The notes below the pieces were generated by a model. That model was not told the DNA's origin and did no database searches. It saw nothing but the letters and a program-made list of their open reading frames with translations. From NCBI GenBank assembly GCA_030390025.1, contig CM059426.1:99386001-99450000 (forward strand): 64,000 bases of DNA, in the 5' to 3' direction. This DNA is from Squalus acanthias. Lineage: Eukaryota. Both the position numbers and the translations under genes were made by a program. Of the stretch, positions 1-12,145 are shown piece by piece (positions within the stretch are counted from its first letter, which is position 1; the number at the start of each line of letters is the position of its first letter).

Positions 1-480
1 GAGTGGGGAGAGTAATAGACTAGTTTATGGCATTGAAGGCCAAATGAACTGTTCCGGGAGATTCAGGGCCAATAATATGATGGAAATGCCCTGGTAATGG
101 GGCTGTGCTATCATATAGAGCGCTGCTGTGTAACCACAGTATAGAAAGTGTTCCTGTCTAAAGATTTACTTACCACAGTGCTTTCTAGGTAAATTTTCAG
201 CAGTTTTATGAATACTGAACTGTATGGCTTAGAATTGAACATTAAATGCATGTCAATATGTAAGTCCCATTAAGTTGTTCAAATGAATTTTGAAAATGTC
301 AATTGTTGTACCGAATAATAGGAATTATGTAATTTTTCAACGGGTTCTGCAATATGTGCAAATGTAATATAGGTACTTCTACCTTATCAAGCTCAGCACA
401 TATTTGAGTTTCACTCTCCACCTTTACACCTACCAGAACTTAGTCCAATTTTCTATCACCCCTCCCCCTTTCATTATCAA

Positions 481-620
481 AACATAGAAACATAGAAGAT
501 AGGAGCAGGAGTAGGTCCCCTCTAGCCTGCTCCACCATTCAATGCGATCATGGCTGATCATCCAAATTCAGAACCCTGTCCCTGCTTTCTCCCCATATCC
601 CTTGATCCCTTTAGCCTTAA
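481..620 (-). mobile_element. CR1 LINE 3' terminal fragment
   Basis: acatagaaacatagaa tail followed by the CR1 3' stem-loop (gcctgctccaccattcaat...atcatggctgatc), the same motif as the longer CR1s in this window. Confidence 0.8.
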
Positions 621-994
621 GAAAACTATTGATAAAGCAGATTGTCAAAACACTATAGGCATTTCACTTAATATGGAGAATGAGCAAGAATTATGCTGCC
701 AAACAGTCAGATACATCATACTGTGTTTATTTGTAACAAATCACATTCTTAGACCTGTTTCATCAAGTCCTACTCTGGCAAATGTGGTTTAACACATTGC
801 ACACAAATGCATCTATTTAGCAATTTGTTTATCATGAATCAAACCCATAATGAGCAATTTTTTTCAGATCCATTAACACACAGCTATATTTTTATATCTC
901 ATATTTGCGTGTGCTTTATTAATGAGAATAACTCCTCACTGAATGTGGTGCAAAGTATGACAGTACAAATAACTTTACTAGCTATTACATATGT

Positions 995-1560
995 TCGCAA
1001 AATAGATTTACATAAAGGGAGCCATTTGGCTCATCTTAGCTCATCCACACAGAACAGAAAACCTACATTCCTCCACATCATCACATCATCTAACTGACTA
1101 TGAGTTTCAGCTTTCACCTCATTATCTTACCTGGAAGGTCATTCTAAATGTTGACTACACTTTGCAAGAAGGAATTCTTCCCAGCATTTGTCTGAAACTT
1201 TGCTTTCACAGGTTTTAACCTATAACTCCTTGTTCTAGTGTCCTGGTCTACCTTGAAGTAATGCTCTGGATTAACCTTATCTATGCCATTTGACATGTTA
1301 TAAACTTTCATACGGTCCCCTTTCAGCCACCTTCTTTCGAAGACAAAGCATTTCAGTTTCTTTTGTCATAACTCAATCCTTTGACAATAGGATCAGCCTC
1401 ATGGCTCTTCTCTGTACCATCCCCATGGCTTGAATGTTCCCTGTATGTCTTGATGACCAGAATTGAATACAATACTCAAGATGTGGTCTTAATATGGAAC
1501 TGTACATCTTTAGCATATCTTCTGATTTATACTCAACAACTTATAATTATTTACACATTG
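995..1560 (-). mobile_element. Old degenerate CR1-type LINE 3' region
   Basis: Degenerate similarity to the CR1 ORF2 C-terminus (gaccagaattgaatacaatactcaagatgtggtct, matching the RPHLEYC region on the minus strand). Confidence 0.55.
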
Positions 1561-3331
1561 GCACATTCCCATATCTGATGCAATACATTCCAAATTAATA
1601 AATGAATGCATTGCTATTCCCTTAACACATCTCTTCAAATTCCTACTTATATATATCATACAAATATAAAATTATAGTTACCCATTTTATTTTGAGTTTG
1701 AATTTCAGTCACAAGAACTAAGCCAAAGGCTATAAAATCCTGAATTCTAATTCATTGAAAAAGAATAAAAAGAAAGAAATGGGATTTAAAATTATTCTTG
1801 CAGTTATATCTTAGTTCCTCTGAGAAGGCTTGGCCTTGGCACAGAGGTCATCTTTTTCCTGCCAAATCTGCCAATCAAACTTTTCTAGATCAGTCATATT
1901 AATAAATTACATTTATCCAGTGTTGGGTTTTCCAAAATCTATTGCCCTGGCTACCAAAAGGGATGGGAAGGAAGTGCTGTATGGATAAACAGATTGGTGT
2001 TCAGATTAGTACAACTGGCAATGTTAAAAGGAGGCTACTTCAATACAACCCCCACCTCTCTTTGCACCAACGATTATTTGTATAATTATATTTGTGATTT
2101 GTGTTAATTCTGGCTCTCCATTAGGCTAAATTTGTAAAGTGAAATCCTGGAAACTCTCAGGATATGCAGCAAGAATTTTTCAGTAGCAGGGCAAGGGATA
2201 ATTTGTCTGCTTCTCACACCTTAGCATTTATTTTCTATTCTCACCAGTATTCTCTGCCAATGTTCTCCCTTCCCCTCCTCTCCCCAAGTTATAGACTTCT
2301 TGCTGGATTACAGTTTCATGGGTGTCCGTCGCTCTCCAGTTTCTCACCCAAGTGACAAAACGGGTGAGTTTTGACAATTATTGTCAACAGGCAGGCTATT
2401 GGACCTCAGAGACATCTCAGCCATGCCCGATATTTTCCTCAGCCAATGTCTTCACACCCACTTCCAGGAAAGGTCACTAGATAGCAATCAGGAGGAAAAG
2501 CCTTTGCTGAGGCCTATTATAATACCTGCTCCTCAGACCAGACTGGAGATTTGAACTGGAATCTGAAGTCAGTGAAAAGGAAAATTGGGCAGGGTGTATA
2601 ACGGTCTGCTTTCTACAACTACCGAAAGTTCAAACCTACCCCACCGAGACGTACCCTTTCCTTTGTAAAATCTTGAGAATTGCAGTGCCAATAAATTAAA
2701 TGGCATTAACATCTTTACACTGTGGTGATGTCCAAATTCTGATACTACTGTCAAAATGAGGGGAAACTAAAGTCTGGATTCTCTCCATCAACATTGGTTT
2801 CTTTCCTGGGTTCTACAAGTGCTAAGGAGTGTCCAAATCTGGTTTGAGGAGTCGCTCATTCAGTGATGGTAAATGTACATCGATTTTGCAAACATTGGAG
2901 CAAAGGGTTTCAGTTATTAGGCGAGCATGTCCTGAGATCACTGCAATACTTTGGACAGTTGACATGGTAGAAAATATGATCAGAATGTTGGCCTGAAAGA
3001 TACAAAATAAAACTTCACAAGTCTCAAAAAGAATAATCCCTAGAGTATAGCCATCATAATTTTGGAAAATGGGTTGTCATAATAATCTTGCATCTATAAG
3101 ATTACGTGAAGGTTTTGAGGTGGGAATGTGGGGGGTTTGGGGGGGGGAGGCGGGGTGAGACAATCAGATTTCTGGAATGATTCCTGAAATTCCCATGCAT
3201 GCCTTCAACTGTTTCAGCTTAGAAGCTGAAGATATACTTCCATAATCAGTGCTTTGCCGATGACTGCAGTCAACAGAGAGAATGCTAAGGTAGAATGTAA
3301 TATATTTGGATTTTCAGAAGCTATTCAATAA

Positions 3332-3778
3332 GGAGTAGGCCATGCGGCCCCTCGAACCTGCTCCGCCATTCAATAAGATCATGGCTGATCTTTGACCTTA
3401 ACTCCACTTTCCTGCCCTATCCTCATATCCCTTGATTCCTCTAGAGTCCAAAAATCTATCGATCTCAGCCTTGAATATACTCAATGACTGAGCATCCACA
3501 GCCCTTTGGGGCAGAGAATTCCAAAGATTCACAACCCTCTGAGTGAAGAAATTTCTCCTCATCTCAGTCTTAAAAGGATGACCCCCTTATCTTGAGACTA
3601 AACATCCTAGTTCTAGACACTCCAGCCAGGGAAACAATCTCTCAGCATCTATCCAGTCAATCCCCCTCAGAATCTTACATGTTTCAATGAGATCACCTCT
3701 CATTCTTTTAAACTCCAGAGAGTATAGGCCCAACCTGCTCAATCTCTCCTCATAGGACAACCCTCTCATCTCAGGATC
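3332..3778 (-). mobile_element. CR1 LINE 3' fragment
   Basis: ORF 3587-4078 ends in GLSYEERLSRLGLYSLEFKRMRGDLIET (CR1 ORF2 C-terminus); 3' stem-loop present. Confidence 0.9.
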
Positions 3779-3794
3779 AATCATCTGCATATAT

Positions 3795-4414
3795 GGCCCA
3801 GAAATTGCAGCCTTGGTGCTTGCCAAGAAGGTGGTGAGGGGTGTGGGGGAAGGGGTGTGGGGGAAGGGGTGTGGGGGGGAGGGGTGTGGGGAAGGTGTTG
3901 AGCACTCCTGAAAACATTCAGCTGCTGCTCCTGTAGCCCCCTTTGTAAGAAGGCTGCTGTAAAACCATTTATTTATTATATTTTGGTTCTCTTTGGGGAT
4001 ACAGGCCTTAGTCCCAGCTGGATCACCAGGTAGGCCATACCTAGCACACCTCTTTCTTCTCGGTGTATCAGCTGCCAAAGAACTGCTGAGCCCTAAGTGG
4101 CTGAGGGAGCAGGACCTGGCTTATTCAGGTCCTGGCCTAATTTCTGGCCTTTCAGCTCACAGCAGCCAAAGTGCACTTTCCCTTTAAGAGGTGCAGGCTG
4201 TCTTTAAATTGCATCATTGATAAACGATTTCCCACCTCCCCCATTGCCAAGCTGACAATCAGCTGCACGAGGAGTGCAGGCAGCTTGCCATGCATAATAA
4301 AAAGAGTCACGCTCTCCAATTTTCCCAGTGCCTCTCGCCGATGTCATTGGGTGTGCATTCTCAACACGCCGTTGATTTTTCACCGGTTCCCCATGATAAC
4401 TGAATTTCTTGGCT
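3795..4414. mobile_element. Harbinger-type non-autonomous element (degenerate)
   Basis: Ends ggcccagaaattg...gaatttcttggct resemble the TIRs of the other MITEs; internal ctttaagaggtgcaggctg shared with Harbinger relics (e.g. 37710). Confidence 0.5.
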
Positions 4415-4524
4415 AATATTTCCAACATTTTTACTGATTTTTTGAACACTGGGCAGTTTTGTTGGTTGAGCACTGTACTAGAACAAGGGGTCATGAGTTC
4501 AAAACCTGCCAAGGCTAACATAGT

Positions 4525-5560
4525 AGTAATTTCCAACAGGAATAGACCATTGTCCATCTACCCTGTCCATCCAACTTCTCATAAGATTATCTTGATGCAT
4601 TTCTCAGTCCAATAACCCTAAATCCTCTTTACTGACAGGAAGTTGTTTGGTCCCTTTGTGAGTTCCATCATAGTTTCTTGTTTCACCAACCTTGCTGGTA
4701 GTTTGTTCCACATGTTGATCACCCTTTTACTAAAAATATTTTGTCTAACTTTCCATTATGACCCTTAATTTGAAACTATGACCCCTTGTTATTTAATTCT
4801 GCACGTGGTGGAAAAATGTATTTGACTCCGCATTTATCAGACTTTCATATTCTCTTTTAAAGAGAGAAAAGTTCTAGGACAACTAATCTCTCCTCATAAC
4901 TTCTGTCCTATTAGTTCTGGAAATAATCCAGTAGCCCTCTTTTGCACTCCCTCCAATAACACAATATCCTTTCTAATACAGGGAGACCAAAACTGTATGT
5001 AGTCTTACTAAAGGCCAAATACACTATCAGAATCACCTCTCTGAACCGATAAGTTACACCCCTATACTTACATCTCAACATTCTGTTCACTTGTATACCC
5101 GCTTGTGATGATTTTGATGAACTGTTGTGGCAACTCAAAGCACATTTCCATTTACAACAACAACTTGTCTTTATATAGCACATTTAACAGAGAAAAACAT
5201 CTGAAGATGCTTCACAGGAGCATAATCAGACAAAAATTGATGCTGAGCTAAAAAGGTCATGTGGTCAAAGAGGTAGATTTTAAGGCACATCTTAAAGGAG
5301 AGAGGTGAAGAGGTGGAGAGGTTTAGATGGGGAATTCCAGAGCTTAGTACATAATTCACACAATTCTTTCATCTGTTGAGTCGCATAACTTCACACTCTT
5401 CGTATTAACTTACATCAGCGATTTCTCTGCCCACAGTCCTGGTTTCTCTACATCCTTTGGATTTGTGCACATTGATAATTATCATTTGCAATGACTTCCA
5501 GTTTGGTATCATCTGTAAATTTGGATGTCATGATTCCATCTTCTCAATCATTTATAAAAA
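4525..5560 (-). mobile_element. Old CR1 RT/3' fragment interrupted by a SINE/L2-type tail (about 5160-5345)
   Basis: ttccagtttggtatcatctgtaaattt encodes a KFTDDTKL-like RT motif on minus; further ORF2 C-terminal remnants. Confidence 0.6.
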
Positions 5561-5959
5561 ATAATTGCCAGGAATTTCCTTGGATGACCTTGGATTTTGA
5601 TCTAGCAAAATAGTAAAAAAAAACTTTGCCACTCTTACTTGGCCAGGACCTGACTGCTGGACAAGCACTTATTCCCTTGTAAAGGTGGATATGCCTCTGC
5701 TCACTCGGAATACCAGCCTTCACTGATACACTAGTCCAGAGTAAGCCTGAGGAGCTCGGGCACCTGGCTTAGTGAGCCCCTGTCCCTGGCCTCAACCCTT
5801 GGCCATCTTTTGTGTTGTAATCGGAAAACAAAGGTTCTACCTCTTACAAGGCATCCAGAAAACTGCAAACAATGGAGACCTGGCACAACTGGGTCGCTAC
5901 TATTTTCCTGTAGGTTCCGTTGGTCTCCTGCCGGAGTTATGGCAGCAGATCAGCGGAAT

Positions 5960-7175
5960 ATCCAAGGAATTTCAGGGTTTTAATGTATTTTTGCTCCCCA
6001 TTCTTGCTGCCCAAGTGGTGGTAAGGACATGCAGCAGACAACCTCAAATCTGGATACCTGCTCAGGACTGTAGTGCAGGGCTCCTCCCAGATGGTCCAGG
6101 CAGCAGAAGCATTGCTTGAGCAAGCCAACTGTCTGCCAATGATGTTTCTGGTGGCAGCATGGCTCTCGTTGTAGGCCACTCACATTCTGAGCACCAGAAA
6201 TATAAGAGAGGGACAAGGCTTAGCTTTTACTGTGAAGGGGAGCAGAGAGAGAAGTCGCTGGGAAAAGCAGCTCCTCCAGCATTGCCAGTCGCCACGGCCA
6301 TGACTCTACCTCTGATTGTGATGGCCATCACAATTTCTTCCACAGAGAAGGTGTGCAGGCAGGCTCAGCTTTCTATGCTGGCAGCCTCCTGGCACCTAGT
6401 ATGCACAACATTCTCTTGCAAGAAAGAAGGGAATGTGTTAGTGACAGTCTTGTGAGGTGTTTGGAGAATGTCCCTGTCATGCTGGAATAGTTGGTATGCA
6501 GTGCGTAAGATGTGAGGTGTGGGGAAGTGTGGGTTGCAATAGTGGTGAGTAAGAGGAGAAGGAGGTGAAGTGAAGTGTATTGTAAGAGTGAAGGGAAGTG
6601 TAAGCCGCAACTATTGTGAGTAGTGAGGCTAGAGGTGCTGGAGGTGTGAGCAGAGAGTAAGAGAGCAGTATTGTTACCTTGACAACTCTGATGAGGGTAT
6701 TGAACTGTGGCATTACACCCATATCCTGGGAGCTAAGCTCTTGGCATTGACATCCTCTGCAACCTCTGCCAATTGGCAGCGGAGGTTTTGTCTGGCGAGG
6801 AGCTATCTGCCCCTTGGGGGGAATGGGATCCCCCTCCTCCTGTCAATACAATGGACCAGGGCTTCCAAAGCTGCATTGTAGAGGCTGGGTGCCATCTCTG
6901 TACTTTTTCCACCCGTTTCTGTGTTCAGAAGTGTTTCCCTGTTGTCTGCAGCCAGTGTGGACCTCCCTTTTAAGAGTTGCTGGCTGCCTTTAAGTGGCGT
7001 CAGTGTAGCCCGATTGCCTGCCCATCCCTTCCCCCGAAACAAGCATGCAGCCAATGAATAGCCCAGATTGCATACCTGATACATAATAATGAGGCTCCAG
7101 CACCAATTTCATGTGGTCCCTGGGCCACGTAAACAGGTGCGTGCACCACACGAACGTTCCCTGCATACCCGTTTT
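5960..7175 (-). mobile_element. PIF/Harbinger relic, Myb/SANT gene remnant
   Basis: MAPSLYNAALEALVHCIDRRRGIPFP and SFLQENVVH resemble the Myb/SANT exons of the element at 51992-56253. Confidence 0.7.
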
Positions 7176-8381
7176 CAGATGCGATCATATTTCCAAGCCA
7201 TGATTTCTTCTGAAATACTGGATATATATATATAGTTCAGAAAATACATTGTACAGTTTTTCATCTTCAGCAGACACGTCCGTGAGACAGCCATAAATAC
7301 AAACCAACAGGTAATAAATCTTAAAATCTGCACCCAAGCAAAATGCACAACTTCTGCAACACAAGCAGATTTCATTTTTGTTTTACAGAAAAGTTTGATA
7401 AAGTATGGAGCCTTATTCACAGTACTATGCTGCCAGTCGTTGCTACAAATTGAAAAACCACTTTGACCTCTTGCCAGAACTGCCACCTGGGCATAGAACA
7501 CCATTACTGTTCTCTGCTGTTTGTATATCTTGTAAGGTGGCTTTGTCAGAATATTCCAGTGTGGTAATTGTTGGTATAAGCCCCAATAATAACTGTCCTC
7601 ACTGAGACATCCATGTGTGGCTATTGTAACAGGAGTCACTGAAAATCATGGCTACTTTTCTCATCCCGAACCAGGAGCCAATGGGCCATTGGTAGAACCC
7701 CCAGTGCCCCTCTCCCTTGGCTGAATCAGTACACATCAAGGATTGAGTCTGGGGCTCTCCTGATCTGTAGAGCTCATCAACACACTGCCTTAACCAGCTG
7801 GGCTAGTGCAAAGTGTGTAAGAGGGTGACCTGCATGAGTGACAAAACATTATTTAATGTACCTTGCTGGTGCCTGCCATGTTAGCATAAAGAAGGCATAA
7901 GAGAAAATTAGACTGCGAGGAGAAACACACTGTAAGCTGAATTTTCTGTGTGGGTGCAATCCCCACCTGACGTGTGGCAAAGCAGGAAGACTGCACGCCT
8001 GATGGGACGAGCGTTGACCTTGCTGTAGTTTCTGCGGTCAGTGTTATTATAATGATTTGGCCATGCTCCAGGCGTAGAAAGTGGCCGTCATTGGCAGCTT
8101 GTCTATTTGGGGGGTAGAAAATGGTGCAAGAATTAAAGGGACAACTGCACCAAACTTCATTTTGCATAACAGAATTTTCTTCCAGTTCAAGTGTCAGGAA
8201 GCACTGAAGCACAGTACAGAGTCCCCTGCTTTGTGGATGCTGATGTTGAACTGCTGCTTCATGACATTGGGCTCAGGAGGGAAGGCCTCTTTGGAAGAAG
8301 CAGAAGGAATGCTCCAAGGAGTCAGGGCAGTCAGTGCCAATTTCACCATCTGGTGCACAGCCATTCAATGCAAAAGTAAAT

Positions 8382-9121
8382 GGGGAAAAAATTCGGTGTC
8401 GCCCCTTTTGGGGCGCTAACGTCGCTGTGGTGCTAATTTTAGCTCCCCGAAAAAATTAGCGCCCCTCCGCCTGAAATTCAGTTGTAGCGCCCCAAGCAGG
8501 AGGCGCTACTGGAAGCGCTCCGCCTCCTTCTTGGGTCACTACAACTGAATATTGCAGCGCTACGTGCAACAGCGCCATGCGCGTCGGCACATAACGCCGT
8601 GGTATAGCAGGCCTCCCTCCCCTGATTAAAGGGGAGGGGCCTAGCACTGCACGCACTGGGGCCCTGCTGGACCACCGGGGAGCGGGGTGCCGGGAAAACA
8701 GCCCGGCACTCAAGAGGAGTGCCGGGCTGAGTGATCGCGGCCGGCACCCCGAAGAAAAAAGGGGATGGGGGCAGGTGCTGGCAGTCGGCCAAAAAAAAAT
8801 GCCCGCCCGACACACTTTAAGTAGCGCCGCTGCGGTGCAAAAACGCCACCCTGACCCTGTCAGACATATCGTCCAGCGATAGGTCAGGGGGTGCAACCGA
8901 AGTTTGCGACTGGGGCGCGAGCGGGTCGCTGCGCACGGCGATGATGTCATCGCCAGTGGCACAGCGCCGTGGGGCGCTACCGGCTACCACCGCTGCTAAC
9001 CTCCCGCTGAATTTCGCAGGAGGCGTTAGCGGTGCCGCGCCCAGGCGCTAGGGGATTTGTGCCCCGTTAGCGCCCCCCGGGGGTGCTAACATGAGCCGCA
9101 AATCAACCCAATTTTACCCCC
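8382..9121. mobile_element. GC-rich Harbinger-type MITE
   Basis: 16-bp imperfect TIRs (ggggaaaaaattcggt / acccaattttaccccc), AAT on both flanks (8379-8381, 9122-9124), many AGCGCC/GGCGCT subterminal repeats. Confidence 0.8.
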
Positions 9122-11214
9122 AATGACTTTACCAAGTTGGAGCTCTTAAATTCATAATCCTACTATGGCAAGTTGGCTAATGTGGGACTCAAGTCCCACA
9201 CTACATATTTAATGCCTTCGGACAACTAAGGATGGGCAAAAGATGTTCTGTTGCCAGTGTTGGCCATTTCCCAAGAACAAATATAAAAAAGAGGAGCCAG
9301 CCACACCTTCTAATCCTTGCCAATGTAATCAACTCCTCTTGCTGTGTTAAAGTGGTGGATTAATTCACCATCAATGCCCATGAGCTAATGCAGTGCCTTT
9401 TACATCTTCAGTGTTCACCTGCAAGTGTTTATTCACTTATATCATTCTGTGCATTCACCCCACAAATGCTTGCTTGGAACGTAATTACTTGTTGCAACTG
9501 TCATCACACTCATTATGATCTGCATGCTAACACTTGGGCATTACTGCATGTCACAGGGAGAAAAAGCCATTCTTATTTTTTACATTCTTTCTTCAAAGAC
9601 AAGACAGCCAGTAACCAAATGGACGGTAACGGATTGGCCGCTCATTATACACCCTACCCCATTTTCCTTTCCAAATGTTTCTTTCTAATTTCTTCCTATT
9701 GTAACCTGCATTAATTGTCTACTGGAAATGACCCTGGAAAATGGAATGGGCATAAACTTGTCAGGAATCCAGCACAACTGATCCCCGTCCCCAATTCTTG
9801 GCCCTTCTCTGCACATGAAATCCTCTAATTTTTGACAGGCTAACTTACAAATTGCTCACATTTTACTCAATTTGCACATTTGCTAATCCATTTGAACTTT
9901 CCTAATTTAGATTTGAATTTTGGTTAGTCTCGTATCTTTATTTACTGCAGCAGTATGGAATGTGAAGCAGAGGTTTTACAGTGCAATACAAAGACAAAGC
10001 CCACATGAAGGACAACCATGGTTTTGCCCGAACCAATCGGTCAAAATGACCTATTAATCAGAGTCGAAGCAATGTTATACGATGTACAGCCTTAAAGTAG
10101 AGAAAGCTTACAAGCCTTCCTGTCTGAAAATGCTTTCATGCAAAATTAAATCATAGCACTGCACCATCAGACCAAATTACATAAGTGCCTGGACACAGAA
10201 ATGTCATGAATGTTAATAGACACAGCAAAATTAATCATCAGCAACAGAAAGAAATTTCACATTCTTAGTAGCACTGAAAGCCTTAAACATTTCACTAGAA
10301 AAGTAACACCACAAAATGATGACAGGGAAAAAAAGATATATAGAAGCTGGCATTACAATCTCCAGTGAACTGCATTTTACAGAAGTAGTAAATATCTATC
10401 AATCATCATCACCCACAATCACACAGAAAGAAGCAAAAAGACAACTTTTTAGATGACTTCTCCAAACTAAATAAATAAATGCAGCAGTTTTTATGATGAC
10501 CATCACCTCAAACAGTAACACAATACATATTACAGGAGTCCATCAAAAAATCAGAGTTCTAAAAGAGTCACTACTTACAATAATGAAAACTTCATGTAGT
10601 GATCTCTTTCCTCCCCCGAGAGAAGATTTTATTATGAATTTTATTAAACAAAAATATCATTCTAGTTCAATATTGCCTTTTTTTAGTTCCGGAGAAAGGT
10701 AAAATGTTTTCTAGTGTGCGCTGAGTGTAACAATATGGCAAGTGTGTTCTTTATAAATAGGGTTATGTACAACAATGTTCATATCCCCACAGCACAAGTG
10801 TAGCAGCCATTACTAGTTGTTACTTAGCGCAGCAGGAGCTTGAGAGAGGGCGACCTGGGAATGCAGGTGGCATAAGGTGTACACTGCTTAAAGATCAAAC
10901 TACTCAAGGCACCGGATACTGCACAATGGAAATAGTTACCTGGACCTCATGATGGAACAGTTCATGTGGAGGCTGAAGCTCTACAGGGAGACTATGCCTT
11001 AGATCTGCCATTTGATCCACAAAGTACTGCAGGGACAGTCAACCATCAACTGCACTACCAGATGGAAGTAAAGTTTACCATTCCCCTTCATTTGTATGCA
11101 ACAGGAATCTTTCAGCACTTTCAATCAGTAGCTATGCTATCTCCAGCTGCAGTAGGAAATAACTTATGCTTGTTTTGCTACACACGCATGTCATAAACTT
11201 CACCAAGGAGCACT

Positions 11215-11451
11215 AGAAGCTGCAGAAAGGTCCTCCTCATGTGGTGGCTTGTGCCCAAATTGGGAGAACTGTGCCACAGACCAGTCAAGCAACAGGCTGA
11301 CATAGTTGCACTTACAGAATCATATCCTGTCACCCAACATCCAAGAGTCCACCATCATCACCCCTGGTATTTTCTGTCACAGTGACAGGATAGCCCAACC
11401 AGAGGTGAGAGGAGAGTGGTATACAGCCAGGTGGGAGAGGCCCTGGGAGTC
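11215..11451 (+). mobile_element. Old LINE endonuclease fragment (part 1 of an interrupted element)
   Basis: Ends ...gccctgggagtc and reads on into cctcaaacattaactctggacccc at about 19402; continuity inferred from my recall of this repeat family. Confidence 0.6.
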
Positions 11452-11630
11452 ATAGAAACATAGGAACAGGAGTCAGCCATTTAGTCCCTCGAACCTGTTC
11501 CGCTATTCAATTAGATCATGGCTGATCTGTATCTTAACTCCATCTACCCACCTTGGTTCTATAACCCTTAATACTCTTGCCTAACAAAAATCTATCAAGC
11601 TTATTTTTGAAATTTTCAATTGACCTAGCC
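11452..11630 (-). mobile_element. CR1 3' terminal fragment
   Basis: atagaaacataggaacagg tail plus 3' stem-loop. Confidence 0.85.
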
Positions 11631-12145
11631 TGTGGATGCATTGGTTGTGATCTTCCAAAACTCCCTAGATTTTAGAATGGTCCCAGCAGATTGGAAGGTA
11701 GCAAATGTAACCCAGCTATTCAAGAAAGGAAGGAGAGAGAAAACAGGGAACTACAGGCCAGTTAGCCTGACATCAGTCGTCGGGTAAATGCTGGAATCCA
11801 TTATTAAGGAAGTGGTAACGAGGCAATTAGAAAATCATAATATGATTAGGCAGAGTCGACATGGTTTTATGAAAGGAAAATCGTGTTTAACAAATGTTAG
11901 AGTTTTTTGAGGATGTAGCAGAGTAGATAAAGTGGAACCAGTGGATGTAGTATATTTGGATTTCCAAAAAACATTCGATAACGTGTCACATAAAAGTTTG
12001 CAACGCAAGATAAGGGCTCATGGGGTTGGGGGTAATATATTAGCATGGATATATTTAAGGAAGGATATACTTGCCTTTGAGGCAGTGCAACGAAGATTCA
12101 CTAGATTGATCCCTGGGATGAGAAGGTTGTCCTATGAGGAGAGAT

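Noticed and set aside
8382-9121. CpG island of a host promoter
   Set aside because: Bounded by TIRs and a TSD, with a related partial copy at 56257, so the MITE explains it.
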